A DNA stretch of 64,000 nt from Candidatus Omnitrophota bacterium (GTDB taxonomy: Bacteria; Omnitrophota; Gorgyraeia; Gygaellales; Profunditerraquicolaceae): positions 68,766-132,765 of the forward strand of contig JBEKHW010000001.1 of assembly GCA_050012075.1 (NCBI GenBank), read 5' to 3'. This document shows, one piece after another, positions 11,998-21,581 of this stretch. A program made the position numbers and the translations under genes. The notes beneath the pieces are model-generated. The model worked only from the letters and a program-made list of their open reading frames with translations, did no database searches and was not told the DNA's origin. Every line of letters begins with the position of its first letter. Within the stretch, counting starts at the first letter, position 1.

Positions 11998-14900
11998 TTA
12001 GCCGTCAGATACCTCAATTAACTCGGCACCCTTAACAGGTTTTTTCTCCTGTAAAATCCTTTTGTATTCTAACGGCATGATTTTAATGAATTTCTTAAGC
12101 TTAGCCGTAAAATCATCAAGGATATCTTTGGCAATCCTGCTTTGCGTATATCGGTAATGGTTTTCCAGAAGCAGCCGTATCGTCTGGATATCTTCATCGT
12201 CGGCCTTCTCGAACGTAACCATCTCCATATTGCATTTCTTTTTGAAATTTCCGTTGATATCATAGACATAAGCAATGCCGCCGGACATACCCGCGGCGAA
12301 ATTCCTACCGGTCTCGCCCAATATTACCACTCTTCCGCCGGTCATATATTCACAGCCATGGTCGCCTACACCTTCTACCACCGCATATAAACCGGAATTC
12401 CGGATACAGAATCTTTCTCCGGCAACACCGCGTATATACGCCTCACCATTTATTGCTCCGTAGAAAGTGGTGTTCCCGATAATAATATTGCCTTCCAGAT
12501 TAGAATCCCTGGCAGGGTCGGGATAGATTATGATCTTGCCGCCGCTAGTCCCCTTACCTACATAATCATTAGCCATCCCGCTTAATTCAAAAGTTATGCC
12601 GCGGGCAAGCCACGCTCCAAAACTCTGGCCTGCCACACCCTTAAACTTAAAATGGATAGTATCTTCCCCTAATCCTTCTTCACCGAATTTACGGCAGAGC
12701 TCTCCGCTAAGCATCGCTCCGGTTGTACGGTTAGTATTATTGATTGCGACTTCCGCCTTTACCGGTGTAGCGTTATCAAGCGCGGGACGGGCGAGCGTCA
12801 TAAGTTTTAAATCCAATACCTTATCTATCCTGTGATTTTGCTTTATCGTACAATGGCTCATAATATCCTTGGATACCTCTGGTTTATAGAGCACCTTAGA
12901 AAAATCAATACCTTTTGCTTTCCAGCCAAGTATATCCTGGTTTAGCTCCAAGAGGTCGGTCCTGCCTACCATTTCATCCATTTTACGTATGCCAAGGCCG
13001 CTCATAATCTGGCGTAATTCCCGGGCTACAAAATTAAAATAATTAATAACATATTCTGGTTTACCGCTGAATCTTCTCTCCAGGATCTCATCCTGCGTAG
13101 CAATGCCCACAGAACAATTATTCAACTGGCAGTGCCGAAGCATCACGCATCCTAAAACAATTAAAACAGCAGTGCAAAAACCAAACTCCTCTGCACCCAG
13201 GATGCAGGCAATGGCTACATCGCGTCCCGTGCGCATCTGGCCGTCGGTTTGCAGGCGCACGCGGCTGCGCAAGTCATTTAAAACCAGCGTCTGATGAGTT
13301 TCGGATAGGCCTAACTCCCAAGGCAGGCCTGCATGTTTTATTGAACTTAGAGGAGAAGCTCCTGTGCCTCCATCACCGCCTGAAATAAGTATCATATCGG
13401 CATGGCCTTTAGCTACGCCGGCAGCGATTGTCCCTACGCCGATTTCCGAAACAAGTTTTACGCTGATACGCGCGGCAGGATTAGTATTTTTAAGGTCAAA
13501 TATCAATTGGGCAAGGTCTTCAATGGAATAAATATCGTGGTGTGGCGGAGGAGAAATGAGTGTCACCCCCGGAGTTGTGTAGCGTGTGCGGGCAATTATC
13601 GCGCTTACCTTATGCCCGGGAAGCTGCCCCCCTTCCCCTGGTTTTGCGCCCTGGGCTATTTTAATCTGTAATTCATCGGCGTTAATCAGATAATTAGTAG
13701 TTACGCCGAACCTGCCTGAGGCAACCTGTTTAATCGCGCTCCTTGCCGAATCCCCGTTTGGCAAGGGGCTAAAACGGCCGGGATCCTCACCGCCCTCTCC
13801 GGTATTGGATTTGGCTTTCAACCTATTCATGGCAATAGCGATGGTTTCATGTGTCGCTCTTGAGATAGAACCAAAACTCATAGCACCCGTGGCAAAACGC
13901 CTGACAATCTCCTCTGCGGATTCCACTTCCTCAAGGGGAATAGGATTTGCTTTCTTGAATTTTAACACTCCTCTTAATGTTGTAGGGTGGCTCGACTGGT
14001 CATTAATCAGGCGGATAAATTCCTCGTACCTCTTCTCATCATTATTACGCACGGCATCCTGTAGCGCTGCAATACTATCCGGATTCCAGAGGTGAAATTC
14101 TCCGTCTCTTTTCCATTGGTATAATCCGCCGGTAGTAAGGATCGGCTCATCTACTCTTTCAAATGCTTCCTTGTGCCTTATAATGGTCTCCCTGGCAATG
14201 GTTTCCAGGTTCACTCCGCCGATACGCGAAGGAGTCCCCGGAAAACATCTCTCAATTACTTCTTCTGCTATTCCTACTGCTTCAAATATCTGCGCGCCGC
14301 GATAACTCTGCAAAGTAGATATTCCCATCTTGGAGATTATCTTAAGTATCCCTTTTTCCACTGCTTTTATATAATTATGCAGGCCCTTCTCAAAATTAAA
14401 GCTGATCTCTCTATCTTCTGCCAAATATTTTACCGCCTCATAAGCAAGATAGGGATTAATGCAGTCCGCTCCATAACCAAAGAGAAGCGCAAAATGATGC
14501 ACCTCTCTGGGCTCTCCGGTCTCTAAAATCAGACTGATCTGCGTACGTAAAGCCTTACCTACCAGGTGATGGTGGACACTTGAGACAGCCAAGAGGCTCG
14601 GTAATGCTGCATGCGCCTTATCCACTCCCCGGTCACTTAAAATAATAAAGGTGTACCCCTCTTTGATTGCGGATTGCGCTTCTTTACAAATCCTGTCAAT
14701 TGCCTTCCTGAATCCATCTTTAATCGAGATATCAAACAGCGTAGAAATGGTTTTGGTCTTAAAGCCGTTTATTTTAATATCACGGATCTCTTCCAGCTTC
14801 TCATTGGTTAAAACCGGATGCTTAACCAGCAGTTTATGGCAATGTTCTGGTGTTTCATCCAGGATATTCTTCTCAGGGCCAAGGTAGGTTTCCAGGTTCA

Positions 14901-16560
14901 TCACCAGCTCTTCGCGGATATAGTCAATCGCCGGATTCGTAACCTGGGCGAACAACTGCTTAAAATAGGTAAATAACAACTGAGGCTTATCCGAAAGCAC
15001 GGCATGCGGCGTATCGTTACCCATCGAACCTACCGGCTCCTGGGCTGCCTCTACCATGGGCTTAATAATTACTTTCGGGTCCTCGCGGCTGTAACCGAAT
15101 GCCTTTAGCTGAGAAAGAATATCTGTTGACGTTATGCGTTCTGCGTTATGCGTTGTGCGCTTACTTACAGACAGGGCATCTAATTCAACTATATTACTTT
15201 TAAGCCATTTGCCGTAAGGCATACTTGTGGCCATCCTGCCCTTTATTTCTTCATCGGTAACAATGCGTTTTAATCCTGTATCAATAAAGAAAATTTTGCC
15301 GGGTTCAAGCCTTCCCGATAAAAGAATCTCTTCACCAGGCAAATCTAATACCCCCACTTCAGAGGCCATAACCACAAAACCTTTCTTAGTGACAATGTAA
15401 CGGGCAGGCCGAAGGCCATTCCTGTCAAGGAGTGCTCCGATACGCTCTCCGTCTGTAAAAGCAATGGCAGCAGGACCGTCCCAGGGTTCCATAAAACAGG
15501 CATGGTACCTGTAGAAACTGCGCACCTTGTCATCGAGAAAACTATTCTGCTCCCATGCCGGAGGTATAAGCATCATCATGGCATGCTCAAGAGGCCTACC
15601 GGAAAGGACAAGCAGCTCAAGGACATTATCAATGGTCGCGGAATCGCTTCCTCCCGGAACAATAACCGGATAAAGCTTCTTAAGAGCGGAGCCGAAGAGT
15701 TTACTTTTTAACAGGCCTTCGCGGGCGCGCATCCAATTGATATTCCCCCTCAACGTATTGATCTCTCCATTATGCGCAAGGAACCTGAATGGCTGCGAAA
15801 GGTCCCAGGTAGGAAAAGTATTGGTAGAGTAACGCGAATGCACAAGACAAAGAGAGCTTTTTATATTTTTGTCTTTTAGGTCAGGGAAAAACTTATCTAC
15901 CTGGTCAGGCATAAGCAGGCCTTTATATGAGAATGTACGGCTGGAAAGATTAGTGATATAAAAGAATGATTTCTGCTTTAATCCAGATGCGCGGATAGTG
16001 TTCTCTACCCTCTTCCTGATAATATAGAGCTTTCTCTCAAAATCAAGATTACCTTCACTTGTGACTTTGTGACTTTGTGACTTTGTGACTTTTTTAGCGA
16101 TAAATATCTGCTCTATGGCGGGCTGGGTGTCTCTGGCGGTCTTACCTATATCAGTATCATCCACAGGCACGGCTCGCCACCCCAATAATAGCTGGCCTTC
16201 TTTTTTTACAATACCTTTAAAGATATCCTTGCAGGATTGGCGCTCCTTGGTATCAGTAGGCAGGAATATAAGCCCTGCGCCATACTCCCCCAGAGAAGGC
16301 AAAATAATTTTTTCTTCTTTACATACCTTTTCGAAAAATTCATGGGGGATCTGCAATAACACCCCTGCCCCATCTCCTGTTTTAGGATCTGAACCCGTAG
16401 CGCCCCGGTGGGAAAGCCGCTTTAAAACCTCTAACCCCTGTAAGATAATCTGATTTGTCTTTTTACCGTCTATATTGCAGACAAAGCCAACCCCGCAGGA
16501 ATCATGTTCAAAACCGGGGTCATATAATCCTTGTTTTTCAGGAAAACCGTGTCTTTTCAT
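11998..16560 (-). CDS. gltB: Glutamate synthase large subunit (start probably 16560, ATGA-coupled to the upstream gene)
   Basis: EHDSCGVGF, HSRYSTNT, AQGAKPGEGGQLPG, 3Fe-4S cysteines, GXGXG domain. Confidence 0.98.
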   Translation of the reverse strand: MKRHGFPEKQGLYDPGFEHDSCGVGFVCNIDGKKTNQIILQGLEVLKRLSHRGATGSDPKTGDGAGVLLQIPHEFFEKVCKEEKIILPSLGEYGAGLIFLPTDTKERQSCKDIFKGIVKKEGQLLLGWRAVPVDDTDIGKTARDTQPAIEQIFIAKKVTKSQSHKVTSEGNLDFERKLYIIRKRVENTIRASGLKQKSFFYITNLSSRTFSYKGLLMPDQVDKFFPDLKDKNIKSSLCLVHSRYSTNTFPTWDLSQPFRFLAHNGEINTLRGNINWMRAREGLLKSKLFGSALKKLYPVIVPGGSDSATIDNVLELLVLSGRPLEHAMMMLIPPAWEQNSFLDDKVRSFYRYHACFMEPWDGPAAIAFTDGERIGALLDRNGLRPARYIVTKKGFVVMASEVGVLDLPGEEILLSGRLEPGKIFFIDTGLKRIVTDEEIKGRMATSMPYGKWLKSNIVELDALSVSKRTTHNAERITSTDILSQLKAFGYSREDPKVIIKPMVEAAQEPVGSMGNDTPHAVLSDKPQLLFTYFKQLFAQVTNPAIDYIREELVMNLETYLGPEKNILDETPEHCHKLLVKHPVLTNEKLEEIRDIKINGFKTKTISTLFDISIKDGFRKAIDRICKEAQSAIKEGYTFIILSDRGVDKAHAALPSLLAVSSVHHHLVGKALRTQISLILETGEPREVHHFALLFGYGADCINPYLAYEAVKYLAEDREISFNFEKGLHNYIKAVEKGILKIISKMGISTLQSYRGAQIFEAVGIAEEVIERCFPGTPSRIGGVNLETIARETIIRHKEAFERVDEPILTTGGLYQWKRDGEFHLWNPDSIAALQDAVRNNDEKRYEEFIRLINDQSSHPTTLRGVLKFKKANPIPLEEVESAEEIVRRFATGAMSFGSISRATHETIAIAMNRLKAKSNTGEGGEDPGRFSPLPNGDSARSAIKQVASGRFGVTTNYLINADELQIKIAQGAKPGEGGQLPGHKVSAIIARTRYTTPGVTLISPPPHHDIYSIEDLAQLIFDLKNTNPAARISVKLVSEIGVGTIAAGVAKGHADMILISGGDGGTGASPLSSIKHAGLPWELGLSETHQTLVLNDLRSRVRLQTDGQMRTGRDVAIACILGAEEFGFCTAVLIVLGCVMLRHCQLNNCSVGIATQDEILERRFSGKPEYVINYFNFVARELRQIMSGLGIRKMDEMVGRTDLLELNQDILGWKAKGIDFSKVLYKPEVSKDIMSHCTIKQNHRIDKVLDLKLMTLARPALDNATPVKAEVAINNTNRTTGAMLSGELCRKFGEEGLGEDTIHFKFKGVAGQSFGAWLARGITFELSGMANDYVGKGTSGGKIIIYPDPARDSNLEGNIIIGNTTFYGAINGEAYIRGVAGERFCIRNSGLYAVVEGVGDHGCEYMTGGRVVILGETGRNFAAGMSGGIAYVYDINGNFKKKCNMEMVTFEKADDEDIQTIRLLLENHYRYTQSRIAKDILDDFTAKLKKFIKIMPLEYKRILQEKKPVKGAELIEVSDG
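15130..15159. repeat. 7-bp tandem repeat (CGTTNTG)x4 inside gltB
   Basis: cgttatg cgttctg cgttatg cgttgtg; frame preserved (KRTTHNAERIT). Confidence 0.8.
16059..16090. repeat. 8-bp tandem repeat (TTGTGACT)x4 inside gltB
   Basis: Four perfect copies encoding KVTKSQSHKVT; the same unit recurs at 21550, 23418 and 34495. Confidence 0.9.
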
Positions 16561-16937
16561 CTTATCTTCCATCTGTTCACGTCAATACCCAGTTTTTTTA
16601 CTTTGGCGCGCATGGTGTTACGGTTAATACCGAGAATCCTTGCCGCCTTAAGCTGGTTACCTTCTGTCCGCTCCAGCACTTGTTCAATAAGCGGCTTCTC
16701 TATTACCTCCAGGACCGACTTATATAATACGCCTTTTTTCTCTTCAAATAAGGCCTCTTCTATCTCAATAACCCTGTCCTTTATAAAGGCGAGGTCTCTT
16801 ATGCAGTTTTTCTTAACTATACGGATAACGCCATCCTGTTCCAGGCTGTCAGATAAAGTGTACCCCTGCTCTTTAAGCATATTAATGAGGGCTTCTTTTG
16901 CTTTGGCTTCATCCTCTGATATTACAAGTGTAATCAT
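16557..16937 (-). CDS. Stand-alone Fis/NtrC-type helix-turn-helix protein
   Basis: C-terminal EKPLI..VL..TEGNQLKAARILGINRNTMRAK; no AAA+ or receiver domain. Confidence 0.85.
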   Translation of the reverse strand: MITLVISEDEAKAKEALINMLKEQGYTLSDSLEQDGVIRIVKKNCIRDLAFIKDRVIEIEEALFEEKKGVLYKSVLEVIEKPLIEQVLERTEGNQLKAARILGINRNTMRAKVKKLGIDVNRWKIR

Positions 16938-16952
16938 ATTTTATGCGGTTAG

Positions 16953-16969
16953 TGCCTATTGCTTAAGCA
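16953..16969. promoter_or_regulatory. 17-bp imperfect palindrome TGCCTATTGCTTAAGCA, candidate operator
   Basis: Homologous to 2153-2169, including the downstream CG..CAGACAAAAAAA flank. Confidence 0.45.
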
Positions 16970-16986
16970 CGGCCAGACAAAAAAAA

Positions 16987-17161
16987 TTAAGTGAGGACAT
17001 AAGTTATGGAACAAGCTATTGCTTATCTAAACGACATAACTTATATGTCCGAATTAACCCCACACCCAGCCAACAAGCTACATAGCTATGGTTTTCTGGG
17101 TGTGGGGTTAATTCGCGCAAATAACTTACTCTCCGCCTACGGCGGATCGTAAGTTATGCGC
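16987..17161. repeat. Three abutting long inverted repeats between glnA and the HTH-gltBD genes
   Basis: GGACATAAGTTATG/CATAACTTATATGTCC; GAATTAACCCCACACCCAG/CTGGGTGTGGGGTTAATTC; ATAACTTAC..TCCGCCTACGGCGGA..GTAAGTTAT. Confidence 0.8.
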
Positions 17162-17164
17162 TCA

Positions 17165-18670
17165 TTAAATGTCAAAATAAAGATAAAACTCATAGGGATG
17201 CGGACGCATTCTTACCGCATCTATTTCCTTTTTGCGTTTGTATTCAATCCAGATGTCAATCACATCTTTGGTGAATACTCCGCCCTGAAGGAGATAATCA
17301 TGGTCTGCTTCCAGCGCATCAATTGCCCGGCGTAGCGAAGAGGGAACCGTAGCAATCTTGTTCATCTCTTCTTCGCTTAATTCAAACAAATCAACATCAA
17401 CGGGCTCTCCCGGGTCAATCTTATGTTTTATACCGTCTAAACCGGCAAGAAGCATCGCGCTAAACGCAAGGTAAGGATTACAAGCCGGGTCAGGCGGACG
17501 GAACTCAATCCTCTTTGCCTTAGGGTTATCTGTATACATGGGAATCCTTACTGCTGCCGAACGGTTGCGCGCGGAATAAACCAGGTTCACCGGCGCCTCG
17601 TAACCCGGAACCAATCTTTTATAAGAGTTGGTCGTGGGAGCGCAGAAAGCCATTAAGCTATTCGCGTGCTTAAGGAGCCCGCCAATATAATACTTTGCGG
17701 TCTGGGATAGAAGCGCATAACCATTCTTATCATAAAAAAGGTTTACGCCGTTCTTCCATAAACTCTGATGGCAATGCATACCGGAGCCATTATCAGCAAA
17801 CAATGGCTTTGGCATAAAGGTTGCCACCATCCCTGCTTTCCTGGACATATTCTTGATGATATACTTATACATAAGCAGGTTATCCGCCATCTTGGTGAGC
17901 TTATCAAACTTCATATCGATTTCGCACTGTCCTGCGGTAGCTACCTCATGATGGTGCACTTCTACATTGATACCGGCTTCCTTCATCTTCAAAATAATCC
18001 TGCTCCTTAAATCCTGGATAGAATCATGCGGGGGAACCGGGAAATAACCTTCCTTGAAACGGATTTTATAACCAAGGTTTGGATTTTCCATGCGGCCAGT
18101 ATTCCAATCCGCTTCCTGAGAATCAATAAAATAATAACCTGAATTCTCCGTCTGGTCAAAGCGGATATCATTAAAGATGAAAAACTCTGCCTCTGGCCCG
18201 AAATAAATGCTGTCGGCAATACCGGAATCCTTGACATATTTCTCCGCCTTTTTAGCAATATAACGTGGGTCACGGCTGTAGGGTTTACGCGTAATCGGGT
18301 CGTAAATATCGCAGAGCAGGCTTAGAGTAGGGACTTCGCAGCACGGGTCAATAACAGCAGTTAAAGGATCGGGTATGAGAATCATATCCGATTCCTGTAT
18401 TTTCTGGAACCCCCTTATGGAAGAGCCGTCAAAACCGATACCATCCACCCAGATCGAACGCACAATATCATCCATCTCCAGTAATTCTGTCGCGGGGATG
18501 GAAAAATGCTGCCATAGGCCAGGCAGGTCATTGAATTTCAGGTCTATTATCTGGATATTGTTATCCTTGACCATCTTCAGAACATCACGCGCGGCTTTCT
18601 CGTCAAAAGAGCCGTTTACCAATGGATTCATGGTCTTTACCCCCTTGGATTCTTTTGTCTTCTTAGGCAT
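17165..18670 (-). CDS. glnA: Glutamine synthetase type I
   Basis: [20 protein letters not shown]...[18 protein letters not shown] and NRSA motifs. Confidence 0.98.
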   Translation of the reverse strand: MPKKTKESKGVKTMNPLVNGSFDEKAARDVLKMVKDNNIQIIDLKFNDLPGLWQHFSIPATELLEMDDIVRSIWVDGIGFDGSSIRGFQKIQESDMILIPDPLTAVIDPCCEVPTLSLLCDIYDPITRKPYSRDPRYIAKKAEKYVKDSGIADSIYFGPEAEFFIFNDIRFDQTENSGYYFIDSQEADWNTGRMENPNLGYKIRFKEGYFPVPPHDSIQDLRSRIILKMKEAGINVEVHHHEVATAGQCEIDMKFDKLTKMADNLLMYKYIIKNMSRKAGMVATFMPKPLFADNGSGMHCHQSLWKNGVNLFYDKNGYALLSQTAKYYIGGLLKHANSLMAFCAPTTNSYKRLVPGYEAPVNLVYSARNRSAAVRIPMYTDNPKAKRIEFRPPDPACNPYLAFSAMLLAGLDGIKHKIDPGEPVDVDLFELSEEEMNKIATVPSSLRRAIDALEADHDYLLQGGVFTKDVIDIWIEYKRKKEIDAVRMRPHPYEFYLYFDI

Positions 18671-18705
18671 ATCTTTCTCCTCTCTATTTTTTGTCCGAAA
18701 AGATT

Positions 18706-18803
18706 AAAAAAGCGTTCACCAAAAAAGCCACAACTTTCAGCTCTTTAATGAACGCCTGCGTTCTATTTTTATTAGCTGCTTAATTAAGCACCGCTATGTG
18801 CCT
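18706..18803 (-). promoter_or_regulatory. ANTAR-type attenuator in the glnA leader
   Basis: P1 AGGCAC-ATAGCG-GTGCTT; P2 GAAC-GCAGGC-GTTC overlaps the terminator AGGCGTTCATT...GGTGAACGCTTTTTT. Confidence 0.8.
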
Positions 18804-18820
18804 AAACTTTGCCTTATTTA

Positions 18821-18850
18821 TACAAGTAAAAAAGCGCCTATCCTGGTAAC
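18821..18850 (-). promoter_or_regulatory. Candidate alternative-sigma promoter for glnA
   Basis: GTTACCA-N14-TTACTTGTA; same spacing at 23002 and 26001. Confidence 0.75.
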
Positions 18851-18865
18851 AGTTTTTTTACCCCG

Positions 18866-21049
18866 TTACTTTATAAATAGCATCTCCCTATACTTTGGTA
18901 AATCCCAATGCTCATCCGAAACAACGCACTCCAGGGCATCACAATGCCTCCTGATATGCTCCATCAGCGGCTTTAGTTCTTTAAAGTATATGGTTGCTTT
19001 TTTGTCTTGATCCATACCCCTGGTTCTCTCCAGCAGACTGATTAACTCTTTAGTGTTCCTGCGCACGTAATAAATCTTGCTGGAAATATCCTTTAAGTGC
19101 TCCCTCTGGTCATTAATCACCGCGGGCGCAATTTTAGCTTTCTTTGAAAGCAGTATCAACCTCTCCAGGTTAGACGCGACCATCTGCTGATACTCAAACC
19201 CCGCCGGGACGATACTGGCGTTAACCATTTCATTAAGGGTATTTGCCTCTATCTCAATAGTCAGGTTATACATATGCATCCAGATATGGTAGCGGGCGAC
19301 GATTTCCTCTTTTGAGAAAACTTTATATTTTTCAAAAAGGGAGATATTTTTCTCCCTGGTCAAGGCCAAAAGGGATTCGGCGGTAGAGGCGATATTAGGA
19401 AGTTTTCTTTTCTTTGCCTCGGAAAGCCAGGCCGAAGCATAATTGTTGCCTTCGAAACGTATATCTTTTGTCTCCTTAAAAATCTTTGCGATCACGCGCA
19501 TGACCTTAGTGTTAAAATCTTTTCCTTTCTCCTTGCGGATTTCTGTAGCCACATAATCAAGGCTTTCCGCGATAATAGTGTTAAGAATGGCTATAGGTGT
19601 TGAGATATTCTGCGAAGAACCCACGGCGCGGAACTCAAATTTTGCGCCTGTAAAGGCAAACGGCGAAGTGCGATTCCTGTCAGTCGTATCTTTATTGAAC
19701 CGCGGCAATCTTGCCAGGCCCAAGTCTATTACATCCTTCTTGGAAACGTTTGATTTTATGCCTTTACCTATCATCTCCACGATTTTAGTCAACTGCTCTC
19801 CAAGAAAAATACTGATAATGGCCGGCGGCGCCTCATTTGCGCCTAAGCGGTGTTCATTTCCTGCCATAGCTACCGATGCGCGCAGGAGGTCCGCATGCAG
19901 GTAAACTGCCCTTAACACTGCTGCCAGGAATGCCAGAAACTGCAGATTATCCTCAGGGGTATCCCCGGGGTTAAGCAGATTGTTACCTAAATTATCTGCC
20001 AAAGACCAGTTCAGGTGCTTACCGCTGCCATTAATGCCGGCAAAGGGTTTTTCGTGTAAAAGGCAGACCAGGTTATGGCGAAGGGCGACTTTTTTCATCG
20101 TCTCCATCAAAAGCTGGTTATGGTCTGCGGCGATATTGGACTCTTCAAAAATAGGCGCGAACTCATACTGGTGCGGAGCAACTTCATTGTGCCTGGTCAT
20201 AACCGGTATTCCCAGTTTATACGCCTCCTCTGCCACCTCAAACATAAAATTAATCATCCGTTCTGTGATAGTGCCTAAATACTGGTCTTCGAGCTGCTGG
20301 CCCTTGGGAGAAGAAGCGCCCACCAGGGTGCGGCCCGTCATTACCAGATCCTGCCGCAGATTATAGTAGTTCTTATCAATCAGAAAATATTCCTGCTCCG
20401 GACCGCAGGTTGAATAAACCTTTAATACATCCTTGTGGCCAAAAAGTTTCAATAAACCTACCGCTGCCTTATTCAATGCTTCGTCGGAACGAAGAAGCGG
20501 TAATTTCTTATCCAGCGCTTCCCCGTGATAAGATATGAATATGGTCGGGATACAAAGAGTTTTACCCAGCGCGCTCTCGCTGATAAAGGCGGGGCTGGAA
20601 GGATCCCACGCAGTGTATCCGCGCGCTTCAAATGTTGCGCGTATTCCTCCGGAAGGAAAGCTGGAAGCATCGGGCTCTCCCTGAATAAGTTTTGAACCGG
20701 AAAATTTTTCAATGACTTTCCCCGGTCCGACAATAGAGATAAAACTATCGTGTTTCTCTGCGGTAAGGCCGGTCATCGGCTGAAACCAGTGGGTATAGTA
20801 GGTTGCGCCCTTTGAGGTAGCCCAATCCTTCATCGCATCGGCAATCTCATTTGCCTGCGTAAGAGTTATGGTTTTTCCTTCATTCAGCCAATCCTTAAAT
20901 GCCTTAAAAGTAGGCCTGGAAATGTGTTTCTGCATAGTTTCTATGCTAAAAGTATTCTCACCGAAATAGGTAGATACCTTTTTAGGTATTTTCACCTTTT
21001 CTAAACTTACTCCCTTAATCCTGAATAATGTATCTTGCCTGATTCCCAT
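18866..21049 (-). CDS. glnN: Glutamine synthetase type III
   Basis: THWFQP.TG.TAEKHD, EPDASSFPSGG.R.TFEARGYTAWD and DRNRTSPFAFTG motifs. Confidence 0.96.
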   Translation of the reverse strand: MGIRQDTLFRIKGVSLEKVKIPKKVSTYFGENTFSIETMQKHISRPTFKAFKDWLNEGKTITLTQANEIADAMKDWATSKGATYYTHWFQPMTGLTAEKHDSFISIVGPGKVIEKFSGSKLIQGEPDASSFPSGGIRATFEARGYTAWDPSSPAFISESALGKTLCIPTIFISYHGEALDKKLPLLRSDEALNKAAVGLLKLFGHKDVLKVYSTCGPEQEYFLIDKNYYNLRQDLVMTGRTLVGASSPKGQQLEDQYLGTITERMINFMFEVAEEAYKLGIPVMTRHNEVAPHQYEFAPIFEESNIAADHNQLLMETMKKVALRHNLVCLLHEKPFAGINGSGKHLNWSLADNLGNNLLNPGDTPEDNLQFLAFLAAVLRAVYLHADLLRASVAMAGNEHRLGANEAPPAIISIFLGEQLTKIVEMIGKGIKSNVSKKDVIDLGLARLPRFNKDTTDRNRTSPFAFTGAKFEFRAVGSSQNISTPIAILNTIIAESLDYVATEIRKEKGKDFNTKVMRVIAKIFKETKDIRFEGNNYASAWLSEAKKRKLPNIASTAESLLALTREKNISLFEKYKVFSKEEIVARYHIWMHMYNLTIEIEANTLNEMVNASIVPAGFEYQQMVASNLERLILLSKKAKIAPAVINDQREHLKDISSKIYYVRRNTKELISLLERTRGMDQDKKATIYFKELKPLMEHIRRHCDALECVVSDEHWDLPKYREMLFIK

Positions 21050-21105
21050 CTTGCCCTCCTAATTAATAATCTATTTTTTAATACCTTATTCTATCATACA
21101 AAATC

Positions 21106-21160
21106 AAAAAATAAAGGCGTTCTTTTACAAAAAAACGCCTTTATTTCGGGAACCTTCCCG
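21106..21160 (-). promoter_or_regulatory. Intra-operon ANTAR-type attenuator before GS III
   Basis: P1 CGGG-AAGGTT-CCCG; P2 AAAT-AAAGGC-GTTT overlaps the terminator AAAGGCGTT...AACGCCTTTATTTTTT. Confidence 0.8.
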
Positions 21161-21187
21161 GGCTGAAACAGAAGTATCCCTGATTAA

Positions 21188-21529
21188 TTAGCCTATTGCA
21201 ACAGACCCCTTCTCTTCAGTCCTGATCCTGATACATTCTTTTAAATCAAGAACGAATATTTTTCCGTCTCCGGTCTCTCCTGTCTTTGCGCCCTTGATGA
21301 TTGCTGCTATGGTCGGCTCGACAAAATTCTCGTTTACCGCAATCTCAAGGCGGATTTTCCTTAAGAGATTACCTGTCTCCTTGTGGCCGCGGTAAACTTC
21401 GGTAACCCCTTTCTGCCGGCCATGGCCGAGAACTTCGCTTACGGTAATAAGATTTACCTCTGCCTTGTAAAGTTCTTCTTTTACATCTTCGAGTTTATGC
21501 GGCTGGATTATCGCAATGATTAATTTCAT
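21188..21529 (-). CDS. glnK: PII nitrogen regulator, copy 1
   Basis: [17 protein letters not shown] and RIRT motifs. Confidence 0.96.
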   Translation of the reverse strand: MKLIIAIIQPHKLEDVKEELYKAEVNLITVSEVLGHGRQKGVTEVYRGHKETGNLLRKIRLEIAVNENFVEPTIAAIIKGAKTGETGDGKIFVLDLKECIRIRTEEKGSVAIG

Positions 21530-21581
21530 ATTAGCCCCCTTTTATCATGGTGACTTTGTGACCTGTGACTTTGTGACATCT

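Noticed and set aside
16941-16975. Possible sigma54 promoter (TAGGCAC...GCA), also near 2143-2158
   Set aside because: The GG-GC spacing is 8 nt rather than the required 10.
18671-18865. glnA (glutamine) riboswitch or T-box in the glnA leader
   Set aside because: No matching conserved motifs were recognised; the ANTAR hairpin/terminator model accounts for the leader.
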